Below the pieces are notes generated by a model. It saw only the letters and a program-made list of their open reading frames with translations. It did no database searches and was not told the origin of the DNA. Of a stretch of 64,000 bases of DNA, positions 13,618-24,782 are shown piece by piece. The position numbers and the translations under genes are program-made. Source of the DNA: Amphiscolops sp. MND2022 (lineage: Eukaryota); NCBI GenBank assembly GCA_964187785.1, contig OZ076409.1, forward strand, positions 97,714,001-97,778,000, read 5' to 3'. Within the stretch, counting starts at the first letter, position 1. Every line of letters begins with the position of its first letter.

Positions 13618-15567
13618 TCAGTTTTGTCCCAATATCATTTTTACATCTTTGAGTTTCAATGTTTCTTCGCTTAGGACCGACAAATGGGGATAGGCAAGTT
13701 TGAGCTCCTGATAGTTGTAGATCTTTGTCCCGGCGTCTATGTTTGGGTGAGTGTAAACTGTCATATGGTGTGTGTCGCTCATCGCCTTGCCACGAATTCC
13801 CACAGTGAATCGTTCACATTTCACATCATTTGTCCCATGTATTCCAGCCACACTCAGGTCAATTTCTTCCCCGTGAGCATTTAACTTGTTGGCTAATTCC
13901 TTGTATATGAACGATAGACTTGCTCCAGAGTCACACAACGCCAAGGTTGATTCTTGCTTTTTTCCAATTTGGATGATGACAGGTATAACGGGTAGAATTC
14001 CACTGCTCTTTAATGAGCAAAATGCAGAGTTCGCCTCTGCCTTCTGTTGTGGGTCTTCCGTTCCGCTTCCTTTCTGCCGCTCATTTGTCTCGCAGTGTAG
14101 CAGTCGATGGTGCCGCCTGTTACAACCTTTGACTCCACACGCTTTGTATGTGCAGTCGTTCACTACATGTTTCCCAGCCAAACAACAAAAGCAGAGTTTC
14201 AGCTCTTTAACTTTCTCGTATCGCGCTTGACACGTCATCTTCAGAAACTTCTCGCATTTCCACAAAGGATGTTTACCATCTTTCAATGGACAATGATGAC
14301 CAGTCTTCTTGTCGGCACTGTCGTCAGCAGAGGTTGAGAACGTAGAGTTCTTTGGCTTGTCTTTACTTGCCCATTTCGATTTGTCGGTGTTGGGATTGAT
14401 TGTCATGAGAACATCTTCCTGCAGCGCTGCTATCTCTTGCAACCATGCGCTGAAAGCTTCCAGCCCCATATAGTAGTTGGCGTTTTGTCTCGTGTACGTC
14501 AACCATTTTGTTTTCATGTTCAATGGCAGTTTTCTAGTTGCACTATTGAGGACACCTTCTGACTGCAAATCACCTTCTGACTCCTTTCGGATCTCTACTT
14601 CGCGTTTCTTGGCAGCTAGTTGTTCATCGATTTCTTCTTGTTTCTTCATTGCTTCCAGTTCGAGGAGCATCACTCGCTTTGTAGTAGTTGACTTTGAACT
14701 AACTGTTGTTCTGTTGCCCTTTGAATGTGCCTTGCTTGCACACTGATCTCTTTCTTCAGGTAGCGAATTCACCTCATTAACACAACGATTCTCAAACGAA
14801 TAGGGTCTATCGGTACCTTGTGCAATTTCCTCATTCGCATTCTTCTGAGGAGAAGTGTCATGGGACTTTAGTTGTTGCTCTTGCCAATCCACCCTGGCAC
14901 TGGCCATTAATCCCTCCATACGATGCAACTCACTGTAGATTGAAGTATCTCCACTGTGTTTCAACAACTCATCCATCTCGGCCACAATTTCATCTCTCCT
15001 TTTGAGGGTTTCTTCGTTTGTTTCTACCAATGCTTTGTAATCCTCTGAGTTGCAAAGAGTATCCCGATTTTTATTGATTTCATCTTCGTTTTTCTGAAGC
15101 ATTTCATCACATTTCTCTTTGGAGTTTTGAAGTTGTAGGAACTCCTTCAACTGCCCTTCATTCTTTAGGCTCCTCATCATTGTGAGCATCTGACTAATGT
15201 TTTTATGTCGTGTTTCCAAGGAATCTAATTCATTCCGATATTTGCAGAATCGGTCGCCTTTATTATTTGCCCATTCTGGCTGATACTTGACTTTCAAGAG
15301 TGCTGTGTTCGCCCCGACGAGTCTCTTCCATCTAGGCAGTAGGTCTTGTCGGTTCGGTAGAAGGTCTGCGAGTTTTTCCTTCGTTACGTCTGCTTTGCGC
15401 AGCTCAGCATGTATTTCATCCAATTTTGCCTCAAAGCTTTGAATTGCTCTCATGTTGCTCTCCCATTGTGGCTTGTCGATAGAACTCTTCAAATAGTTGT
15501 CAATTCTTTTGTAATCAATTCTCTTAGGTTCAGCCATTTTGAACAAGCCCAAAACCCCAGAGTACAC
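13618..15567 (-). pseudogene. gag: BEL Gag plus aspartic protease
   Basis: Coiled-coil N-terminus, BEL triple Cys/His cluster (CPLKDGKHPLWKC, CFCCLAGKHVVNDC, CGVKGCNRRHHRLLH) and protease motif LCDSGA. An in-frame TGA at 13620-13618 interrupts a frame that continues into RT. Confidence 0.9.
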
Positions 15568-15969
15568 TAGCTAACCACAGGAGTCCAAACTCTGCTGTGA
15601 ATACAATTCCCAACAAGCCGATGAAGTAGCCCAAAAAACCCAGAGTACACAATAGCCCAAACTCCCAGAGTACACTGTAAACCAAAGTTTCCAGTAATAA
15701 CACTTCGAATACAATCTTTCAGCCCAAGCAGAAGTAGAATGCAGAAGTAGCCCAAGCCCCAGAGTACACAATTCACCCAGGAGAGCCCAGATGAGACCAC
15801 TTTGCAGCACACAGTTGTGTATAGATCACCACCAGTCGTCGTTCACTGTACACGTTCACTTGTTCGCACAGTGCTGTTCTGGCTGTGTAGCAATCAGATG
15901 ATCATCCAGTTGTCCGCCCAATTGATTATGTGCGCCCCAAAAGCGATGATGTCCGCCCAATCGATGATG

Positions 15970-15986
15970 TCCGGGTCGGCGGACCA
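15970..15986 (-). promoter_or_regulatory. Primer-binding site
   Basis: TGGTCCGCCGACCCGGA lies 2 nt inside the 5' LTR and resembles the tRNA-Tyr-type PBS (TGGTCCTTCGAGCCGGA) common in BEL elements. Confidence 0.7.
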
Positions 15987-15988
15987 AA

Positions 15989-16883
15989 TGTAACGGCTGC
16001 TTGATCCCTTCAGTTGACCAAACTTTACGCCGCCCTGAATTCGGTGCTCGGCACTGCGGATCGTTACCGAACACTGCTTGCTTCTTAGAATAAAAGGACT
16101 GTATCTTGGCTTAGTAGGATCCAGTGATCCCGAATTGCACTTCTTCCTTGTCTCTTAACACGTCCAACTCTCCACAGGTTGAGAGTAACTAACTTAATCG
16201 CCCCAAGTCTTTGGCGAAAAGTCGAAAAGAGGTGAAGAAATGAATTGAGAATATGTGTGGTCCTAAGACCCAACTTGAATACAGGTTTCCAATCAATTTG
16301 TGCCTATCTAACAATGGTATAAATGTGGTTTACAATTCTACAGTAAATATAAGCAAATATCATTTGAAATATGTTGTATAAATAAATGACATTTAAAGCA
16401 TAAAATGAAGTTATTGGCTAAGTAAACAAACTATATGGTGGTTTTGGTATGTTGGTCAGGTGGGTTAGAAAGTATGTTTACACAATGTAAATATCACAAA
16501 TTTCAACAGAGTTACATTTCCTTTAAGGTCAAATGAGAAAATCACATAATTATTAATACATCAAAAATTGGGTTTTCATGGGGTCCGACCTAGGTCACTT
16601 TGGGTGTTAATTGCTCTGAACCAAGGGGAGATACGGGGTTGGGTGTTCGAAGTGAAAAGTTAGGGGAACACCACCGCTGTATGTGTGCCAAGTTTCAAGG
16701 TGATTGATGAAGTGGTTCACCGGGACGGGGGGGGGGGTGGCACATTTTGCAATGCCCTATTTCTTGTAGAACTTGTAATTTCTAACTAAAATCGTGATAA
16801 TGTTTCTCAGTGTTTTGAGTTATAAGCTTCATCAGTCACGTTCGAATTTGAGTTTCTGATCACGCAATTGACTGGCGCCAACA
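15989..16883 (-). repeat. BEL 5' LTR
   Basis: Direct repeat of 10302-11193. Confidence 0.95.
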
Positions 16884-17126
16884 ACTGGAAAATGCACTGT
16901 ATTGTACATGATTTACCACCCGAAGTTCATTAAAGTTTCTGAGTTTTATAAAAAATACCCTGCATGCAGGCCTGCAGCATGTAAAAAGTTCCCGCAGTTT
17001 CAACTAGGGCAGTTTTGACGAACGCCCCGTAAGGAGGAAGGCCGATTCATAGAACCAAAATAAAACTTATCACTGATATGAGAATTATTTCTCCCCAAGT
17101 ATCTCCTTTGGGCTTTTTTCACTGTT

Positions 17127-17611
17127 TTTTAGTCGGCGCTTTTCTTAAGAAAAGAGCCCGACTATTACAGTCACTCGTTTTTTTTATTTGAGACAGACTC
17201 GAAGCGACGAACGTTAAAATTAACGTTCAACTACTAAATACAGTACTACTAAAATACTGGCAGCGCACTTGAGATAGTGCAAAGGGTCCCCCTTTCAGTA
17301 AGTCCATTTTTATCGTAAGATACAAAACAGGACGAGACTATAGGGTCCCCCCTTTGAGTTTTTTTCGGCACTGTGCGACTTTTTTTCGAAAATTTTTTTT
17401 GTCCCCAAAGGGTCCCCCCTTCGAGTTTTTTGATATTTTGCAACGGAATGTATGTTTATAAATCCAGAAGGATCCCCCTTTTACATTTTTCGGCACTATG
17501 CGACTTTTTTTGAAAGAAAAAAATTTTTCAAAAATTTCAATTTTTTCCAAAATTTTTTTGCGCTTTTTGAGCCTCAGATATGGGGCCGACTTTAGACGTT
17601 CCCGTCTTGTT
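17127..17611 (+). mobile_element. Helentron-associated non-autonomous element (HINE/DINE-1-like), family A
   Basis: 5' T-run followed by subTIR AGTCGGCGC and a nearby partial inverted copy (GCCCGACT). The 3' subTIR GGGCCGACT is followed by stem-loop AGACG-TTCC-CGTCT and TGTT. No TSD; T-rich target. Confidence 0.75.
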
Positions 17612-20053
17612 CTTTTTTTCCTTGGGCATTTTTTCTCGAGTGTTTTTTCTTCCAGCGTTTTTCCTTGGGAATTTTTCCCTATAACTGATAATCGGACCAC
17701 GGGTCAGTTTTAATCAAGACCGAAGCGCCGTTGAATCTATCAGAGTTAAATTTTAACTTGAAAATCATAAACATCTGGGAATCTGAGCATCTCCAAAAAC
17801 GACACAGGTTTTTCACAACCAATCGAGGTTTTTTTTGGTAAAAAGTAGAAGAAACATTTTTCTACGACACAATTTTATCTGCTAGTGAACTTGAATTTTT
17901 TCCGGCAGCGAAGCAAGAACATAATTCAACATAAGTTCGACAAAAGGTTTTTTTAAAACCTTTTTTGTAGAATATTTTGGAAATATATCAACAAGTTAAG
18001 TGTGGAAATACGGTGATATTTGTGTACAATAATATTGTTTTACAGCTTACATTTTTTGCAATGCTTTTTGCAAGTTTTCGTTCAAAATCTCTGTCTTTCT
18101 TCAACTATAGTGACTGTGATGATGTTCCTCTTCATCGCTTTCGCCATCCAACTAAAAAACTTCAAAGTTAGCTTGGAAAGTTTGTCAAAAAAACAAGAAT
18201 GAAATTCTGTGGGCACGAAAAATATCTGCAACAAATATTACAGTCGATACAATTGGTCAAATTTAACAAACAGTTATCTTTTTTCTAAAATTTCCATCCG
18301 CTGCTGCGTTTTTGTGTGAGCAGTCAACACTCGGAACTTGAGTTCATTTCGAATTTATTTAATACCCGTTTTTGAGCGGAACTTAACAGTGCGGAAAAAT
18401 CACCGAAAGCCGACATGGCGTACAGAAAATTAGTTATTTGGTGAAAAAATGCGGTGATTTATATAGAAGTAATATAATTCGTGTGAATACGAAAGTTATT
18501 AAATTGTATAACAAATGGTAACCACGAATATTCAATCCAAAAAATAAACACATGAAACAATTGAATAACTTACATATGAAATATGAATGATGAAAAGTAT
18601 CAAAATGTAATGAAAAAGCAATGAAAGTACTAAACATAGCTCTCTGTGAAAAAGATGTTGCTGCACTATTTCATACACTGTTAAGTTATAAACAGTTAGG
18701 TTCTAAACGAGCGATTTTGCCCGATAGGATGCGCGTTAGCTTTCCAGACCAGAGATGGTGGGTTCGGATCCCGCTAGTTGCGATCCTTTGTTACTTCGTA
18801 AAGTAGAAAAAATATACATAGACTGTTGATTGGGGGTTTTATAGTAGCATTTTGAAAACTAGCTTCAACAATGGGCTAAGTTGCTCCGCTACTACTCAAT
18901 TAAACCAAAGGGTACCAGTCACGAAACAATAAATCAGATGATCATCCACTATAAGTCTATAAACTTTGAAGGAAAAAATCAGATTAATCGAGAGTGGTGG
19001 AGGTAAGATTGACAAAGAAACCACGGACCTTTTGACTTCCATTTCATCTTTTGGGGGTAGCCTCGCTGCTTTTTGGCTGTTAGATTAAAAAGTGTTGCAA
19101 AGCAAAATATTTAAATAGTTATTTCTCTCCCAGGCGGTAGCTTGCAACACTTACCAACTTCTAATTGAAAAAGTGTTTAAAAAAGTAGCTGCCGCATGAC
19201 GCAACGGAACGAATGATTTGATAAATAGTATGACAAAATCATCGAAATTGATTCTCAAAAGTCATTAAACAGTCAAAGACATTCAGTTTGGGTGCTTTGC
19301 GTAAGACATTTTTCTCTAAGACCATTACTATTCGATAATAATTTGTGAGTAAAATGTTTGGCCACCATAAGTACTTATTTCGAGGAAATGTTTGAATTTG
19401 CATAATCAAATCAGACACCTGAAAAGCAAGTTTTAGTAGATTAGTACCAAGGGAACCATTGAAATAATGATAATGTTGTTTAACAAAACACTTATTGCAT
19501 TGGTTTTTTAATCTTGGCACACTTGAACTATCAAGAATATCATTTGATAGTCGATTATCTTCAGTAATACCATTTGCATGATCAAATCTGACATACTGTA
19601 CATGTATTAGTGTAATAGTTTGTTTCTTGACAATATAGTATTTGATAGTGGAATCCAATGCAATGCAGCGAAATTCGCTGCGAAGAAATCTGCAAAAAAG
19701 TGGAATCGACTGCAACGTAACAGCATTTGTTAGTGGATTACGCTGCACGCTTTCCAAAACTGCCGTCCTGCAAAATCCACTGCACAAATTAAAAATATCC
19801 ATTTTGGCACTGTAATTGTTACAAGGATTATGTAAACAAACGCCAAAGGGCGAAAAAGGAGCTTTGCAGCTCGACATTCAAGTTTTCGCCCTGAGAACCA
19901 ACATTTTTTTCCGAGAACAATTGAAAACCTAGTTTGAATCCTTGGATAAGTAATGAGTCACATGGAAAATCAAAAAGACTCGAAATAGACAATGAAGACT
20001 TCAGAATTTTTTGAGACAAAATTGTTAGCAATGTTTGTCGTGACACCTATTAA

Positions 20054-21409
20054 CAAGTGTTACGAAAATTTAATTGCAATTAATTGCAGGTAATTTAAAT
20101 CATTTCCAATTTCCCCAGTTTTCGATTCATTGATTGCTGATGAAAATTAATTGCAATTAATTGTTTATGACCATTTTGGTAGCTGGATTCTGCAACGAGT
20201 ACTTGAGTTTTATTTATTTTTCACAATAATCAAAGTGTTGTGTGTTTGGCAAAAGAAGTTGCTAAACTCAAGGAACTGACCAAACCTTTCAAAAAGTTCA
20301 ACTCTGTCCAGAAGCTGTTACAAAGCGAGGACGTGACACTTGCAGATACCCGTGCAGTATTTGATAGTCTTCTACTAGTAGAAACTTACCTGAGTACGAG
20401 AAAACACCTAGTTCGTGATGCTGCCAATGTTCAAAGTCCCACTTTTGAGAGAGTTATTGTAAAAGTGCAGAATGAACAAGCCGGGAACGGCATGAGTCAG
20501 CGCCATATCTAAAGCTCAAAAATAGCAAAAGGAATTCAAAGTGTCAAATATTCTTTTACAGTACCCAAAAAACCCAAACGTTTGAGCGAATTGGCACCCG
20601 GCGCGCTAAAAGTGAGGACCCTTTCGGGATTTGTTTACCATCCATTGTTGCAAAACATCAAAAAATTGAAGGGAGGACCCTTTGGGAAATTTTGTTTCGA
20701 AAAAAATCACACAATACCGAAGTAACTGAAAGGAAGACCCTTTAGTATGCCCGGTACTGTATGTTACGCGGGAAAACAGGATAAACCTTTTTGGTTCAGT
20801 TCGCTATGTGAAATGGTTCAATTTGACACCATACAATTTCGTAGAACTTTTGTAGAACAATTTTGGTCATTTCGTGTGGATTGAAAAAAGAGTCACTAAA
20901 ATAGTCGCGTTTCACTTCATGACGAACCGACTAAAAATCGCGCAAGTCATTCAGAGCGAAAAGCGATCACTCGCTGCTCTTAGAGTAGCACATGAGCTTG
21001 AGCTGAACAGGTTCCAATCGACGGTGAAGATTCTGTCGTTGCCATTAATAAGAAAAGACGAAAAGTTGAATGGAACTTCAAAGTGACACTGCAAGTGGGT
21101 TTTTGAACGCAAAGTTCTTGCTATCGACTGCCAACATTTTTGAGCGCTATTTCTCAACTGCAAAACTTACTTTCAGCGATCAACGCCAGAAACGATTGCC
21201 TGTGCAACTTGAGGAACGATCATTCCTGGAAATCAACTCACGCTTCTACAATGCAGAAACTGTTTGAAAAACACTGTTAAATTTGTTGACCAATTAAATT
21301 GCAATTAAATGCAATTATTTGATTTTTTTTTCTGTTTCAATTACAATTTAATTGATTTCACTTGGAATAATTGATTGTTTTCATCAGAATGAATTTTTCG
21401 GAACCCCTA
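20054..21409 (+). mobile_element. Internally deleted hAT DNA transposon with transposase C-terminal remnant
   Basis: 8-bp TSD CCTATTAA / CCTAATAA and degenerate TIRs CAAGTGTTACGAAAA / TAGGGGTTCCGAAAA. Remnant ORFs 20240-20474 and 21070-21267; the latter reads STANIFERYFSTAKLTFSDQRQKRLPVQLE...FL, like a hAT dimerisation domain. Confidence 0.75.
20475..20936 (-). mobile_element. HINE family A copy nested in the hAT transposase remnant
   Basis: AACAAGCCGGGAACGGC...AGTCAGCGCC at one end and ...CCGACTAAAA at the other. It interrupts the transposase frame. Confidence 0.75.
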
Positions 21410-21473
21410 CCTAATAATGACGATTGGCAATTCTGACGAATGTTTCGAGTTACTGAGTATTAGGTTGAGAATA

Positions 21474-22138
21474 CAGTCTGTTACGGCAAAATTGACAACA
21501 TTTTCAAATCAACTTTTATGAACAACAAGTGACTGAACATCAGCTTTATTCATACCAACCGGAAGCTCTGATTTCCGGAAACTTAGATTCGCAAGATCTT
21601 GCCTAATTCCTGTTGATTAAGACTTAGACTTGGGCTCTTTTCTGCTTTCTCCCCCACCACCAAAATTTTTGAAAGTAAATTTCCCTAAAAAATTCAGACT
21701 AGCCAAATTGAAAGTAAATTTTTTCCATAAACGGAAGTTAACATTTCTCACACTTTTTTTACTACGAATATGTTCGAATTCACTGTTCGTTGTGACTCGA
21801 AACAGGAATCCGTTCAATTTCTCATCAAAAATGCGTGACTTCATATGCAAAAAGTGGTGTGAACAAAATTTGCATCTGAAATCTAAACTGTTAGTCTGGA
21901 AATAAATATGAAGGTTTCTATTTTGTAATCAAGTCTTTTTGATATAATTTTTTCACTAATTTTCCAAAAAGTTTTTGAAGGTGGGCGGGAAAACAGAAAA
22001 GAGCCTAGACTTGTCAAGAGAATGTTAACTCATAGTTGTTGATCTCTTGTAAAATGTAAAAAAAGGTTTCTCTTGTGTTGGTAAAACGTAATTAATAAAA
22101 GTTTACAAATTGTTGGTCAATTTTGCCGTAACAGACTG
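21474..22138. mobile_element. Tc1/mariner-type MITE
   Basis: TIR CAGTCTGTTACGGCAAAATTGAC at both ends, flanked by TA. Confidence 0.85.
21633..22005. mobile_element. MITE with 8-bp TSD nested in the Tc1-like MITE
   Basis: TSD TAGACTTG (21625-21632, 22006-22013) and TIR GGCTCTTTT...CCCACC. Superfamily uncertain (Merlin, MULE or hAT). Confidence 0.8.
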
Positions 22139-22140
22139 TA

Positions 22141-22199
22141 TATCAACCATTATCATCTGTTCTGACTATCATAGTCAGAACAGATGATAATTGTTGATA
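22141..22199. repeat. Near-perfect 59-bp palindrome
   Basis: 29-bp arms, 1-nt loop, one mismatch. Confidence 0.9.
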
Positions 22200-22411
22200 G
22201 ATTAAAGAATTTCGTCAATGATTGTGTTTTTCATAGAACGTTCTTTAAATAATCACGCAGCAGCTAGGAGCCTCTTCACTTGAGAAAAAACCAATCTTGA
22301 GTTACTTTTGATCAAAAGTATGATAACAAAACATCAAAGTGAGAGACATGTGAATGTGAAATGTAACAAGACGCCCGCTAAGCAACGGGATATTTACGGC
22401 AAAAATGTAAC

Positions 22412-22484
22412 GCATCAGCACGGGCTCGAACGCACGACCTCGAGACTGCCAGGCAGACGCTATACCAACTGCGCTATGGCTAAA
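22412..22484 (-). repeat. tRNA-derived (SINE-like) segment
   Basis: The minus strand has an A box (TAGCGCAGTTGG) and a B box (GTTCGAGCCC), but no proper acceptor stem. It is followed by a HINE-like end (GGGCGTCTTGTT). Confidence 0.55.
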
Positions 22485-22799
22485 TCTATCTAAATAGAGG
22501 AACAAGTAACTAAAATAGTCAAAGAACTAAAATAGACAAGTGGATCGAAATCGTGGAGATTTGGCAGAATTTGAAAAAAAAAAAAGCAACACAGATTATA
22601 ATTTTCCTCCCCTATACCATAAATTGTAGGGGCAGAAAATAAAAAATAGTAACAATAAAAGCAGAATAATAATATGCGCATGGGGATATTCTGAACAAGG
22701 CGACGTGATCCAAAAAAAATTCACCTTCATTTTTAAAGAAAAAAAATCAAAATTTGGGAGAGTTTGGGGGGAGGTGCTTAGACGTAGAGGCGGACTCAC

Positions 22800-22976
22800 A
22801 GCTTCCAGTTCGGCGGCAGAGTAGAACCGGGGGAGTAGGAGCATGCGGATGGGCACACAGAGCACGAGAAGGATGGGGAAGCCGACCCGCACCAGGGGCA
22901 GCATCTTGCAAGTAAACACGACTCCCGTCAGCACTAGTTGCAGCAGCGTGTACGCGTGGATCTTCCACATCGGCAC
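22800..22976 (-). CDS. SLC4-family anion exchanger/bicarbonate transporter, late exon (last TM segments)
   Basis: VPMWKIHAYTLLQL...GFPILLVLCVPIRMLLLPRFYSAAELEA matches the band-3/SLC4 C-terminal pattern. TTGCAG acceptor, GTGAGT donor, 177 bp, GC-rich relative to its flanks. Confidence 0.9.
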
Positions 22977-23177
22977 CTGCAACAACACAGGAGTGGGTGT
23001 GAAACCAGAACAAGGACAAGAAAGAAGAAGAAAAAAGTTTGGGTTCGAGCAGAAACGTTCAATGGGCTGAAGAAGGTGCTACAAAATGAGTATATACCAG
23101 GGCCCAAAACCTAGTGAACACATCTAGTTCCAGATGAGGAAATTTTGATGAAAAATTAAAAAGATGAATGAAATTTG

Positions 23178-23586
23178 GGCTCTTTTCTGTTTTCCCCCCA
23201 CCACCAAATTTTTTTTGGTAAATTAATGAAAATATTATAACAAATAGATTTGAACAAAACCAGAAAGCTTCAGTTTTAAACTTATTCTCAAAGCGATAGT
23301 TTTGGATTCAGATACAAACTTTGTTCATACTTTTTCCATATGCAGTCACGCTTTTTGATGAAAAAATCAACAGCTTCCTGTTTTGAGTCATCAATAGACA
23401 CTTATTACGAACATAATTATAGTCAAAATGCGTGAACAATGTTTTGTTCAAGCGGAAAATTACTCCAATAGAAGTTAACTTCCTGTTATGAAAGAAGGTT
23501 TTACTTTTAATTAGGATAGTCTAAAGTTTTTAAGGAAAGTTATTTTCAAAAACTTTGGTGGTGGGGGGGATAAACAGAAAAGAACC
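23178..23586. mobile_element. Second copy of the 8-bp-TSD MITE family, in opposite orientation
   Basis: TSD GAAATTTG (23170-23177, 23587-23594) and TIR GGCTCTTTTCTGTTT...CCCCACCACCAAA. Confidence 0.8.
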
Positions 23587-23999
23587 GAAATTTGTTTTGA
23601 GAAAAATGAAAAAATGTATTTTTGGCAGAAACCCGAAGTAATCATACTTCATGACGGAAATTTTGATAGTGCAAACAATAGCCTACATCCTTGCCTCACT
23701 TTGTGAGGGAGAATGGGTTTCGTACCTATTTTCAGTTCTGAGAATAACCAGCTACAATTTGGGAAAAATGGAAAAATTTTTTGATTACCTTATTTGCTCA
23801 AAAAATTTCGACGTCACTTTTAGCCTAAAACTTGTCCTACAAAGGCCTCGTAAAACTAACGAAACCATGAACCCAATATTTGGTCTCGGTCCTGAGATAA
23901 AGGAGCTCAAGTGAAAAAGAACCAAGAAATTTTTTAAAGAAAATACAAGTATTTTTGCAGAAAGACGAAGTCGTCATACTTGATGACGGAAACTTTGTG

Positions 24000-24061
24000 A
24001 GTAGTAAAAGTCCGTAGTATTATAAGCGGGGGGGGGGGGTTGAGTGAGTAACCAAATATGG
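24000..24061 (+). repeat. Polinton left TIR
   Basis: AGTAGTAAAAGTCCGTAGTATTATAAGC(G)12TTGAGTGAGTAACCAAATATGG; inverted copy at 42082-42139. Confidence 0.92.
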
Positions 24062-24470
24062 TCATAACGCAGACTCCAAATGACGTCTTGATTGCGACAC
24101 AATGACGTAACCGAATGCAAAAACATTTGGATTAACGTCACCAATCATTACATTTCATTGGTTGACGAAAAAGAGCGACTAACAAAAATGGAATGGTTTT
24201 TTCCATTGAGCCAAGCAAAAACTGAGTCTAAAAGTAGTTAGTTTGCTGGGTGATAAAGTAGTACTTTGCACAAATCCTAATTATCTTGCCTTCTTCCTTC
24301 TAGTGGGATCTGTTGGTATCCAGGTTTGAGCCTCAGCACACCCCCAATATTCTTTCCTAGTATTTGTGCAAGGGCTACTTTTCGGCAAAAAAACATTGAT
24401 GGTTCAAAGCGAAAAGTGTAAATTCTCTACATTTGTGTTTTCGTGAAAACTATTTTGAATTTAGAGATTT

Positions 24471-24686
24471 ATGGATATTGAGAATTTGAGCAATGATTCG
24501 GACAGTCTTGCAACAGACAGCGGTTATAATTCAATGGTGTCATTTGACGAAGATGATGATGGTGATGATGGTCTGATGCATCTCAATGTTGAGGTTGTAG
24601 AACTGTTTGAACGCTTGTTGTCATGGCTGGATCAGGTTCAACAAATTGACGACATTTTGCAAGACTGGATGATTGATGATGAGTAG
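24471..24686 (+). CDS. Small acidic Polinton protein (71 aa) with a DSGxxS motif
   Basis: ATG-initiated, D/E-rich, lysine-free ORF containing DSGYNS; the first ORF inside the left TIR. Confidence 0.55.
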   Translation: MDIENLSNDSDSLATDSGYNSMVSFDEDDDGDDGLMHLNVEVVELFERLLSWLDQVQQIDDILQDWMIDDE

Positions 24687-24782
24687 TTTGTATGATAATG
24701 TCGAAAAACCTGGAAAGAATAATATTTTCATGATTTCTGGCTGAACATGAAAACCAAAATTTTAAAACTCTTTTAACCTTTT

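Larger units (their letters stand above)
10302..16883 (-). mobile_element. BEL/Pao LTR retrotransposon, internally deleted
   Basis: Two ~890-bp TG...CA LTRs, 5-bp TSD ACTGG (10297-10301, 16884-16888), and gag-PR-RT-IN order on the minus strand with BEL-type motifs. Confidence 0.97.

Noticed and set aside
11178..16273. Plus-strand and LTR-internal short ORFs in the BEL element, and similar antisense ORFs in the Polinton and Gypsy
   Set aside because: They are shadow frames of real coding regions or chance ORFs with no motifs.
18710..18785. tRNA gene
   Set aside because: A B-box-like GTTCGGATCC is present but there is no convincing cloverleaf; at most a decayed SINE head.
19239..19877. 212-aa minus-strand ORF
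   Set aside because: No recognisable motif or coding-like composition; it lies in AT-rich repeat-derived DNA.
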